From Mobula hypostoma (taxonomy: Eukaryota): a DNA stretch of 64,000 nucleotides. Below are positions 27,501 through 39,500 of the stretch, one piece after another. The position numbers and the translations under genes were made by a program. Under the pieces are notes generated by a model, which saw only the letters and a list, made by a program, of their open reading frames with translations, was not told where the DNA came from and ran no database searches. Positions within the stretch are counted from its first letter, which is position 1, and every line of letters starts with the position of its first letter. The stretch is from the NCBI RefSeq assembly GCF_963921235.1, contig NC_086097.1, forward strand, positions 101,496,001 through 101,560,000, in the 5' to 3' direction.

Positions 27501-30500
27501 CAGGGCCTGGACAGCCTGCAATCATTGAGGGAACAATGAATTCAAAATTGTATCACAATATTTTACAGGAATATGTCAGTACAGTGGTCCATCACCTGAA
27601 ACTTAATAGAAGTTGGATGATGCAACAAGACAACGATCTGAAACACTAGAGTAAATCAATAACAGAATGGTAAAAAAGGAAATTCGTGTTTTGGAATGGC
27701 CAAATCAGAATACAGACCTTAGTCCAATTGAAATGCTGTGGCATGACCTGAAGAGGTCTGTTCATGCAAAGTATCCCAGAAATATTGATGAACTGCAACA
27801 GTTTAGTATGGATGCTACACTTGATTAGTGTGGATTTTGAACTTTACTCCAGTGTTTCTTAGCAAGCCATTCTTTAACCTTTTGGCTGATCCCAACAAAC
27901 TAAACATGAAGCCTCCTAAACCTCCAATGAGCAACACAGAACTAGAAAAATTGCATAACTACAGGCACATTGACTGCCACACTGACATTTTGGATCCTAG
28001 ACATTTCATTGTGTTGCATTACATTATTCCTCAGAGCAGTCCTGAGATTTTGTGGCTCTTACCATCACTGGAGTGTACATGAGAGCTTCCTATCTGATCC
28101 ACTAGAAGCATAAAAACAAATCCAAGGACTAGTGAAACACCAATGTATGCATGCAAAGTAACATGCTCGTGATCGTGGTTGGTCTCTGCTGACTGTCCTG
28201 TCTTCAATGGATCTTCTGCTTTCCCCACTTCATCGCCATGGACATGCTTATCTAAAAAGTAAATAAATAAAATAAATCAGTAACATAGTGATTCTGCAGC
28301 TGCTGGAAATCCAGAGCAACACATACAAAATGCTGGATGAACTCAGCAAGTCAGGCAACATCCATGGAGAGGAATAAACAGTCAACATTTCAGGCCTAGA
28401 CACTTCATCAGAACTGGAACGGAAGGGGGAAAATACAGGTGTCCCCCACTTTTCGAACGTTTGCTTTATTAAACCTCACCGTTACGAAAGACATAGTTAT
28501 CTGTTTTCGCTAATAGAAGGTGTTTTCACTGTTACGAAAAAGCAGCACGCGAAAAAAGGCAGCACGCGCCCCAAGCAGCCGCTCTCCCCCGGATTCGGAA
28601 CTGCATTCTCGCCGGCATTGCTTAAACATGTGCCTGTTAGCAAGATGAGTTCTAAGGCATCAGACAAGCCTAAAAGAGCTCGTAACGGTGTTACACTTAG
28701 CATAAAACTAGACATAATTAAGCATTTCAATCGTGGTGAACGAAGCAAAGACAAAGTGAGTTTGGCTTGTGGAAGTTGACCAAGATGATGTTGAAGAGGT
28801 TTTGGCATCTCATGACCAAGAACTGATAGATGAAGAGCTGATGCAATTGGAAGAGGAAAAGATAACAATCGAAACCGAATGCAATAGCAAACAGACCGAA
28901 AGTGAAGTCGTGAAGCAACTGCGTGAGATTTTCACTGCAATGATAAAGTACGACTTTAATTTTGAAAGGGTATGTTAGTTTAGGGCATATTTGCAAGATG
29001 ATTTGAGTGCTTACAAAGAACTATATGATAGAAAAATGCACTAAGCTAAGTAGTCAAGCATACTGTCGTTTTTCAAGCCTTCCACATCAGCCACAGCAGA
29101 TGACGAACCTCAACCTTCGACATCGAGGCAGGCAGACATAGAAGAAGATGACCTGCCTGCCCTGATGGAAACAGACGATGAGATGACACACCAGTGTCCC
29201 ACCACCCCAAGCCCCGGCCTGCGGACAGATACCGATCTGTGAAGAATGCAGCAGTAGCTGGGACACACCCAGCACATCTTTAAGAAAAAAAGCTGAAATA
29301 AACAAGCTAATTAATTAGGTGCCGCCTGGCACGTAATTAATTAGCTTGTTTGTTTTGGCTTTCCTTTTCTTAAAGATGTGTTGGGTGCGTCCCGGCTACC
29401 GCTGGACCACTGCATGCTTCGCAGATAGGTATCGGTTCGTTGCCCAGAGGGTGGAGGCCACTGCACCCGACTCAGCCTAACACACCATCATCAGTGTGCT
29501 CGATGTCTTTCCCGATTCCCATAAGTGATACTACATCGTACATACATTATTTCTACTTTATATAGGCTGTGTATTTTTATGTGTTATTTGGTATGATTTG
29601 GTAGCTTCATAGCTTAAAGGTTACCGGAGAGCGCTTGCGCCGTGTTTCTGCCGAAAGCGCATGCGTGAGATTTTCGCTACGGAGAACAGTGCGGCAATGA
29701 TTGTGAAAAAGTATTTCTACTTTATATAGGCTGTGTATTCATCATATCATTCCTGCTTTTACTATATATTACTGTTATTTTAGGTTTTATGTGTTATTTG
29801 ACATGATTTGGTAGGTTATTTTTTGGGTCTGCGAACGCTCACAAATTTTTCCCATATAAATTAATGGTAATTGCTTCTTTGCTTTACGACATTCCGGCTT
29901 ACAAACCATTTCATAGGAACGCTCTACCTTCGGATGGTGAGGGAAACCTGTACTAGAATCACAGGTGTAGTCTTGGGATTTATTAATCCAATTTCTACTG
30001 CTAAAAGCAGAATATTGAAATTTTCCATGCATGTGGGAATCTGGAGGAGGAGAAGATGGCGGCGCGACGCAGCGGCCACTCCGGTGAATGATATCTGTAA
30101 TCTGTCAAGTGCTGTGCACAATCCTGATTTGATGGAGACAGACGTGAGAGAACGGAGGAACATCTGGAGAAACTTCTGAAATGTCTTTCTCGCTGCCGCT
30201 GCTACTGTGTGATCCAGAATCTCCGGAGGGGAAGGCCCTGAGTCCTCGGCTTTGCTTGTTGCGTGGCGGCCGGAGCGAGGTCGAAGCGCTCGGCAGAGAT
30301 GGTGTCGGTGCCTGGAGGTTTATGGCAGGGAGAGTTTCTCCCTTCTGCCACCTGCTATCGGGACTATCGGGAGTCGATCAGAACTCTGAGACTTTTTTTT
30401 TTACCGTGCCTATGATCTGTTCTTTATCAAATTATGGTATTGCTTTGCACTGCTGTAACTATATATTATATTTATGTGGTCTTGTCAGTGTTAGTCTTTG

Positions 30501-33500
30501 GTTTGTCCTGTTTTTTTTGTGACATCACTCTGGAGGAACATTGTACCATTTCTTAATGCATGCATTTCTAAATGACAATAAGTGTCCTCATAATCTAATC
30601 TGAAAAGTCAGTTTATAAACCTTTTCCATACCTTCTTTAATTTTCCAAGTCAACCAGCATTGCAAATTCACCAAATTACAGAAATCCTTATGATAGTTTA
30701 GAATATGCAACAATCCTATACAGTACAGGTGACAAAGGTCAAAAGACTGCCATATCCTTCTGCTGTTTTGTGACTATAGCAGACATAGCATGCTACAGTT
30801 CAGTTGTTCTATCAGATCCCAAGGCTGAGTAATCCAACAATAGAGGGAATGGGTTCCTGCTACTCAGCATTTTAAAAACTATCCTCACTACTGCATCCAT
30901 ATTACAATCTAGAATTCACTACTTTAGAAGAAGCAGCTTTAATACTAACTAACAATAGGATAATGGACAGAAACTTAAAGGGAAGATATCATGGCAACAC
31001 AAAAGACAGTCAGGGCAGCAATAATTGATTAATACCCATTAAGGTTGGTGACCACAATTCTGCAAGAAGATGAGATTGTTTGTGTGTACAAGTCAGATAT
31101 ACACTATATAATTCTCTGGAGAAAATGCCACTTCATTGGGAGACCAATAGTTGTGCTTCCCCCAATACTTTCTAAGTAAACTGTCTGTTCGTGTACAAGG
31201 AACAGATTACGTCACCTTTGACTCATTGACTCTGATACTTGGAAAGGAAAGAACCTGCAAGGCTAGCAAGAAGGAAGAAGCTAACAGTTATTTCTTTCGG
31301 AGCAGGTGCAGAAATGATGGGCTGAGCAATCTTCCATCCTGTGAGGCTTTGATTTTCAATAAGTATAAACAAAGGAAACTTGGGCTGTTTTCAGGAGCCG
31401 TAGAAACCGCCCATTGCAGTGTACTCCATTTATAATAATGGGAGTGTCATGACAATGTGCAAATGCAAGCATTAATAGAAGCATAGAACCATAGAAATCC
31501 TACAGCACAATACAGGCCCTTCGGCTCACGATGCTGTGCTGCACATTTACTTGTTTTTAGAAATGACCTAGGGTTATCCATATCCCTCTAATCTTCTAAT
31601 TAGAGTCACTTAAAAGACCCTATCATATCTGCCTCCACCACTGTCGCCGGCAGCCCATTCCACGCACTCACCACTCTCTGCGTAAAAAAACTAACCCTGA
31701 CATCTCCTCTGTACCTGCTTCCAAGCACCTTAAAACTGTGCCTTCTTGTGTTAGCCATTTCAGCCGTTGGAAAAAGCCTCTGACTATCCACACGGTCAAT
31801 GCCTCTCAACAGTAATAAAGAAACTTAGTACATCAACCTTTTGTCCTGATAAGAGCTTCATCAAAAGTGACTATTCCTCATGCATTATCTGGTAGCTTTG
31901 GTAAATTGCTTAGGTTTGCTATTTTACTTTAATTAAAGCTACACACAATGACACTGACTTGGATTACTTTGTTCAGTGTAAATTATGTTGGGCATCATTG
32001 AAGCAATGTAGAGCAGAAGCCAAGAATGCAGGGTGGAAATAGGATGGAAAATTAAGTGACACACAACTGGAAAATCAGACTCATCCTATAGACTCAGCAG
32101 GGGTATTCTATAAAGCAGTCAACTTGACCTCTGTTTAATTACTCTGGCACACTCACCGTGGAGCTGGTCATGGAAGCTAGGGAATCCAGAACAAGAATGG
32201 TGATGAACTGAAACATATATGAAAGAGGATGTGCTGGTGGTCTTGAGGTGTACAAAGGTGGATAAATCTCCAGGACATGACCAAGTGTAAACCAAGGCAA
32301 GACATGGGCAGTGAATGACACGGGCATTTGGAAGTACTGTTGAACAGTGACACCTTGGGGTACAACTACAGTTCCTGAAAGCGGCAGCACAGGTAGACAA
32401 GGTGAAGGTGGCATGCTTGCCTTTAATCGGACAGTGCACTGAGTACAGAAACTGTCACGTCATGGTACAAGAGACTGACCTGGAATATTGTGTTCAAGCT
32501 CATTGTCATTTGACTATACATATATACAACCAAACTCAACAATGTTTTGGGCCCTTCATCTACAACGCTTCTGGTAACTGTCACAATAGGGGTGAGGATG
32601 ACCACAATGATTCTCTCAACTGTTTTTACTGCCCTCGGTAGTGTCTTTAGTTTAATAGGTATGTGTCGTCCTTGTTTCCATACTATAGGAATAATTTGAT
32701 TAAGCTAGAAAATATTCGCGTGGCTGGGACTGCTTTCTGTGGAGCGAAAAAGGCTGAGAAGTGGTCTTATACAGGTTTATAAAGTCAAGAGAGACACAAG
32801 TTGTATTGTCACTATCTTTTTCCTGGTTAGGGAAGTCTATAAGTAAAGGGCATAGATCTAAAAGATTTAAACAGAACCCGAGGTACAGGTTTTACCACAT
32901 ACCAGTTAACGAGTCTATGGAACGAGCTACCAGAGTACGTGGCATGGCAGGTACAATTGCAATGTTTAAATGACACTGAACAAGTACATAACTAGGAAAA
33001 GTATAGAGTGAGAGGGACTAAATGCAGGGAAATGGGACAAGTTCAGCAACATATCTTAGTCGCATGGATGAGTTGGGCCAAGGAGCATCTTTCCATGGTA
33101 CATAATGTAGAGGATATCACATCACGAGCACCATATTTAATACACTGGAATAAGTGCTAGTGAATTTCTGCTTCATCTGGAAGAGCTGTTTTAGTTTGAA
33201 GAACGAATGGGAAATGGGGAAAGGAGAGACAGAGGTATAGAGGACATATATTGCAACCCCTGTATTGGTGTGAGATGGGAGGTTGCTGCTGATATCAGAA
33301 GTTGGTGGAAATTGTGGAGGGTGATCTATCAGAAACAGAAGCTGATGCAGCAAAAGGCAGGAAGGGGTACCTTATTCTCATTCTAGCTGAGAACAGCTGA
33401 CAGAAATACAGGAAACGTGGTTAAGCCCTGTCAGCTATGGGAGAAAGGGAAATATTGGCTAAAGAGCAGGAAAGACATCCTAGAGGCACTGTTAGAAAGT

Positions 33501-36500
33501 CTTATCATCAGAAAAGATACAGCAGAAAGACTTGGAGAATTGAATGAGGTTCTTACAGGAAGCAGGGTTGGTGGTGGTGCATTCCATATAACTGCAGTGC
33601 CTTGTAAAACTATTCAGCCCCCAGCCTTTTGTTCACATAAATGAGTATTACAACCAGGGATTTTGATCAAAGTAACTGAGAATTTTGATTTGTGAATCAC
33701 ATGATCCTTTTTTCGCACAGTAGAACTCAAACAGGGAAAAGTGTAAGCATGAAAAACTAAAACTTCAAAACCTGAGATGTCAGTAGTTCAAAAGTATTCA
33801 TCCATCTTTTCTCAGTACTTAGTTGAACCACATTTCACAGCTATTACAGCCAGTAGTAGTGCTTTATGAATAAGTCTCCATTAGCTTTGCACAACATGAA
33901 GGAGCAGCATCGTCAATTCCTCCTTGAAAAATTGTTTAAACTGTGCCAGATTAGTTAGGGAGTAGAAGTGGACAGCATTCTTGAGGTCTTGCTAGAGATG
34001 TTTGATCAGATTAAGGTCAGGACACAGACTCAGCCACTCAAGGACATTAATTTTCTTCATTTAAAGCCACCCCATGGTTGCTCTGGCAGTGTGCTTTGGG
34101 TGGTTGTCCTGCTGAAACACAACCTTTCTCGCCAGTTTAAGCTTTCTGGCAGAGGCTTGTAGATTTTTATCCAGGTTCTCTCTGTATTTAGCAGCATTCA
34201 TCTTCCCATCAATCCTAACCAGATTTCCAGACCCTGCTGCTGAAAAGCATCCCCATAGCATGAAGCTACCTCCGCTGTACTTTCCATTAAGGATGGTTGA
34301 TGTGCAGTATGAATTTATGCTTAGTGTTGAGGCCCAAAAGTTCAACTTCAGCCTCATCCAACCACTAACCCATCTTCCACATCTTTACAGTATCTCCTAA
34401 GTGACACTTTGCAAAGTCTTTACAGGCAAGGATATGCCAGGGCTTCTTCCTTGCCACTCTTCCATAAATATCTTTTTTGTACAAGACCTTAGAGATTGTG
34501 GAGCCATGAACTTCATCTCCAGTTGCAGCTACTGACTATTGCAGATCACTCAGAGTGACTGTTGGCATCACAGTAGCCTCTCTTACAAGAGCCATTTTTC
34601 TCTGGCGACTAAGTTTAGAGGGGCAGCCTGACCTAGGCAGTGTTGTTGTGTATTCATATTTTTTCCCACTTTTCACGATGGACTGAACTGAGCTCCAAAC
34701 CATGTTCAGTATCTTTGAGATAGTGTTGTACCCGTCCCCAGATTTGTGCTTCTCTATTATCATTTCCCTGACTTATCATGAATGCTCTATTGCTTCATTT
34801 TGGTTTGGCCTGTTGAAAAACTACCATACTGTTGGACCTTACAGACAGAGGGAGTGTTTATTCAGGAGATTCTCCAGTTTTCTACATCAACAAATTGGGT
34901 GAGCTAGAAAGGTAATAGACAGTATTGCACCTGAGAGAAGTGACCTTAGTAATTACAAAGGAGATGAATACTTCTTCAAATTCACAATTTTGGTTTTTTA
35001 CGTTTAGTAAATTGTTGACAGGTTTTGAAATTTTTCTTTTGATTTTGATGTGCACGCTGTTTTTTTGGTAATTTATTTTTAGCTCAAAAATCCTACTTAA
35101 ATATACATTAAATTTAGTAAGGGCCTTTTATGCCCTTACTAATCAGGAATCTATCAACTTCCACTTTAAACATACCTAATGACTGCCTCCACAGCTGCCT
35201 GTGGCAATGAGTTCAACAGATTCACCACGCTTAGACTAAAGAAATTCCACCTCATCTCTGTTTTAAAGGGATGTTCTTGTATACTGATGCAGTGCCCTCT
35301 GATCGTAGACTCCTGCTTTTTTTGAGCAGCAGCCAATTGGAGATCCTAAGCATGAGAAGATGTTGCTCACTCACATTCAATGATTGAGTACACAAGACCT
35401 CCAGTGTCCCTAACACCTACACCTGTGAGAAGTGCTTTCAGCTGCAGCTTCTAACACTCTGCAGTAAGGAGCTGGAACTGGAACTGGATGAAGTCCAGAT
35501 CATTCAGGAGACTGAAGGGATAATAGATAGGATGTATAGAGAGAGATAGTTACACTCAAGGTGCAGGCCACAGGTAACTGAGAGACAATCAGGAAGGGGA
35601 AAGAAGTGAAGAGTACCCCTGTGGCTATCCCCTTCAAAAGATATATCTCTTTGGATGCAGTTGGGAGGGGAGGGAGGGATGATCTTGTAATATAATGTTA
35701 AGAAGTTAGCATCTCGCAGGCCTCTTGTGACCCTGGCTATTTTGTAAGGGTCATAGTGGCTAAGACCTTGGCGAGTAGGGTAAAGGAAAACCCCAAGGCA
35801 TTCTTCAATTATGTGAAGAAAAAAAGGATGACAGGAGTGAAGGTAGGACCGATTAGAGATAAAGGTGGGAAGATGTGCCTGGAGGCTGTGGAAGTGAGCG
35901 AGGTCCTCAATGAATACTTCTCTTCGGTGTTCACCAATGATCGGGAACTTGATGACGGTGAGGACAATATGAGTGAGGTTGATGTTCTGGAGCATGCTGA
36001 TATTAAGGGAGAGGAGGTGTTGGAGTTGTTAAAATACATTAGGATGGATAAGTCCCCGGGGCCTGACGGAATATTCCCCCAGCTGCTCCACGATGCGAGA
36101 GAAAAGATTGCTGAGCCTCTGGCTAGGATCTTTATGTCCTCGTTGTCCACGGGAATTGTACCGGAGGACTGGAGGGAGGCGAATGTTGTTCCCTTGTTCA
36201 AAAAAGGTAGTAGGGATAGTCCGGGTAATTATAGACCAGCGAGCCTTACATCTGTGGTGGGAAAGTTGTTGGAAAAGATTCTTAGAGATAGGATCTATAG
36301 GCATTTAGAAAATCATGGTCTGATCAGGGACAGTCACATGGCTTTGTGAAGGGCAGATCGTGTCTAACAAGCCTGATAAGAGTTCTTTGAGGAGGTGACC
36401 AGGCAAATAGATGAGGGTAGTGCAGTGGATGTGATCTATATGGATTTTAGTAAGGCATTTGACAAGGTTCCACACGGTAGGCTTATTCAGAAAGTTAGAA

Positions 36501-39500
36501 GGCATGGGATCCAGGGAAGTTTGGCCAGGTGGATTCGAATTGGCTTGCCTGCAGAAGGCAGAGGGTGGTGGTGGAGGGAGTACATTCAGATTGGAGGATT
36601 GTGACTAGTGGTGTCCCACAAGGATCTGTTCTGGGACCTCTACTTTTCGTGATTTTTATTAATGACCTGGATGTGGGGGTAGAAGGGTGGGTTGGCAAGT
36701 TTGCAGACGATACAAAGGTTGGTGGTGTTGTAGATAGTGTAGAGGATTGTCAAAGATTGCAGAGAGACATTGATAGGATGCAGAAGTGGGCTGAGAAGTG
36801 GCAGATGGAGTTCAACCCAGAGAAGTGTGAGGTGGTGCACTTTGGAAGGACAAACTCCAAGGCAGAGTACAAAGTAAATGGCAGGATACTTGGTAGTGTG
36901 GAGGAGCAGAAGGATCTCGGGGTATATGTCCACAGATCCCTGAAAGTTGCCTCACAGGTGGATAGGGTAGTTAAGAAAGCTTATGGGGTGTTAGCTTTCA
37001 TAAGTCGAGGGATAGAGTTTAAGAGTCGCGATGTAATGATGCAGCTCTATAAAACTCTGGTTAGGCCACATTTGGAGTATTGTGTCCAGTTCTGGTCACC
37101 TCACTATAGGAAGGATGTGGAAGCATTGGAAAGGGTACAGAGGAGATTTACCGGGATGCTGCCTGGTTTAGAAAGTATGCATTATGATCAGAGATTAAGG
37201 GAGCTAGGGCTTTACTCTTTGGAGAGAAGGAGGATGAGAGGAGACATGATAGAGGTGTACAAGATAATAAGAGGAATAGATAGAGTGGATAGCCAGCTCC
37301 TCTTCCCCAGGGCACCACTGCTCAATACAAGAGGACATGGCTTTAAGGTAAGGGGTGGGAAGTTCAAGGGGGATATTAGAGGAACGTTTTTTACTCAGAG
37401 AGTGGTTGGTGCGTGGAATGCACTGCCTGAGTCAGTGGTGGAGGCAGATACACTAGTGAAGTTTAAGAGACTACTAGACAGGTATATGGAGGAATCTAAG
37501 GTGGGGCTTATATGGGAGGCAGGGTTTGAAGGTCGGCACAACATTGTGGGCCGAAGGGCCTGTACTGTGTTGTACTATTCTATGTCCTATGTTCTATGTA
37601 AGACTTTGACAAAAAGCATAGAAGCACAAGTGTTTCTGAGCGGGTGATATTATTCTGGGTATGCGACCCATGTAACTTCAGTCCCTGCTTAATAACAACT
37701 TGTACAATTGTTTGATTAACTGCTGTAAGAAACATAGCGCTTGCTATATAAGCATTATAATGAATGCTTGTTTCAAGGGTGGGAAGCTCTGAGGGGTAAG
37801 CCTATGTCTGGTTGTTCCCAGACATAAAGGTAGTTAAGCTGTTACACGAACAATTTATGGCTGATAAGTTAAACAAAACTCATCTGTACAGAAACTAAGG
37901 GGGTGAACCCACCAATATCTGTGTACGTGACTGCACTGTATTTGCTTCAGAAGCCAAAGACCCCTGGAGCAGCCCAAGAGAGTGCTTAAGGAGGGTTCTC
38001 TCTGGTAACTTGCTAATAAAGAGTTAAAGTTACATTCACCGTAGTACGTGGTGTCTTTGCATTGGGTAAATCGAAAGAAGTTTACAGCAACCTAGCAGAG
38101 GAAAGTCACAGCGGTCAGGTCTCTGGCCCTGAGTCCGGCTCTGTGACTCAGAAGGGTGAGGCAGGGGAGAAGAGGCATGTCATGGTGGTAGAAGATTCGT
38201 TAGCTAGGAAACAGAAAGGAGGTTCTGTGGGCGAGAACGAAATTCAGAATCAGAATCAGATTTATTATCACCAGCATGTGACATGAAATTTGTTAACTTA
38301 GCAGCAACAGTACAATGCAATACATAATATAGAAGAAAAAAACTAAATAATAATAAATCAATTACAGTATAGGTATATTGAAGAAATTTTAAAATTATGC
38401 AAAAAACAGAAATACCATAGATTAAAAAAAAAAGTGAGTAGTGTCCAAGGGCTCAATGTCCATTTAGGATTTGGATGGCAGAGGGGAAGAAGCTGTTCCT
38501 GAATCACTGAGTGTGTGCCTTCAGGCTTCTGTACCTCCTACCTGATGGTAACAGTGAGAAAAGGGCATGCCCTGGGTGCTGGAGGTCCTTAATAATGGAG
38601 CCGCCTTTCTGAAACACTGCTCCTTGACGATGTCCTGGGTACTTTGTAGGCTAGTACCCAAGATGGAGCTGACTAGATTTACAATCCTCTGCAGCTTCTT
38701 TCGGTCCTGTGCAGTAGCTCCCTCCATACCAGACAGTGATGCAGGCTGTCAAAATGCTCTCCATTGTACATCTATAGATACTTTTGACTGTATTTGTTGA
38801 CATACTAAATCTCTTCAAACATTGTCTTTCCTTCTTTATATTTGCATCGATATGTTGGGACCAGGTTAGATCCTCAGATCTTGACATCCAGGAACTTGAA
38901 ACTGCTCACACTCTCTAATTCTGATCCCTCGATTAGGATTGGTATCTGTTCCTTCATCTTACCCTTCCTGAAGTCCACAATCAGCTCTTTCGTCTTACCG
39001 ACACAGAGTGCCAGGTTGTTGCTGTGACACCACTCCACCAGTTGGCATCTCACTCCTGTACACCCTCTCGTCAGCACCTAAGACTCTACCAACAATGGTT
39101 GTATCATCAAATTTATAGATGGCATTTGAGCTATGCCTAGCCACAAAGTCAGGGGTATATAGAGAGTAGAGCAGTGGACTAAACACACACCCCTGAGGTG
39201 CACCAGTGTTGATTGTCAGCGAGGAGATGTTATCACCAATCCGCACAGACCTCAGATGATATGTTGCCTCTTGGGTGCCAGGGTCTGGGATATCTCAGAT
39301 CAAGTCCTCAGCATTCTCAAATAGGAGGGTGAACAGGGTCGTGGTCCATGTAGGTACCAATGACATGGAGAGGATCAGTGATGAGGTTCTACATAGGGAG
39401 TTCAAGGAGTTAGGTGTTAAGTTAAAAGGCAGGACCTCCAGGGCTATGATCTCAGGACTGTTATTCATACCATGTGCTAGTGAGGCCAGAACAAGGAGGA

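Noticed and set aside
36529..37647. 372-aa ORF as a host gene or active RT
   Set aside because: Part of a 5'-truncated, frameshifted CR1 copy with a TSD and repeat tail.
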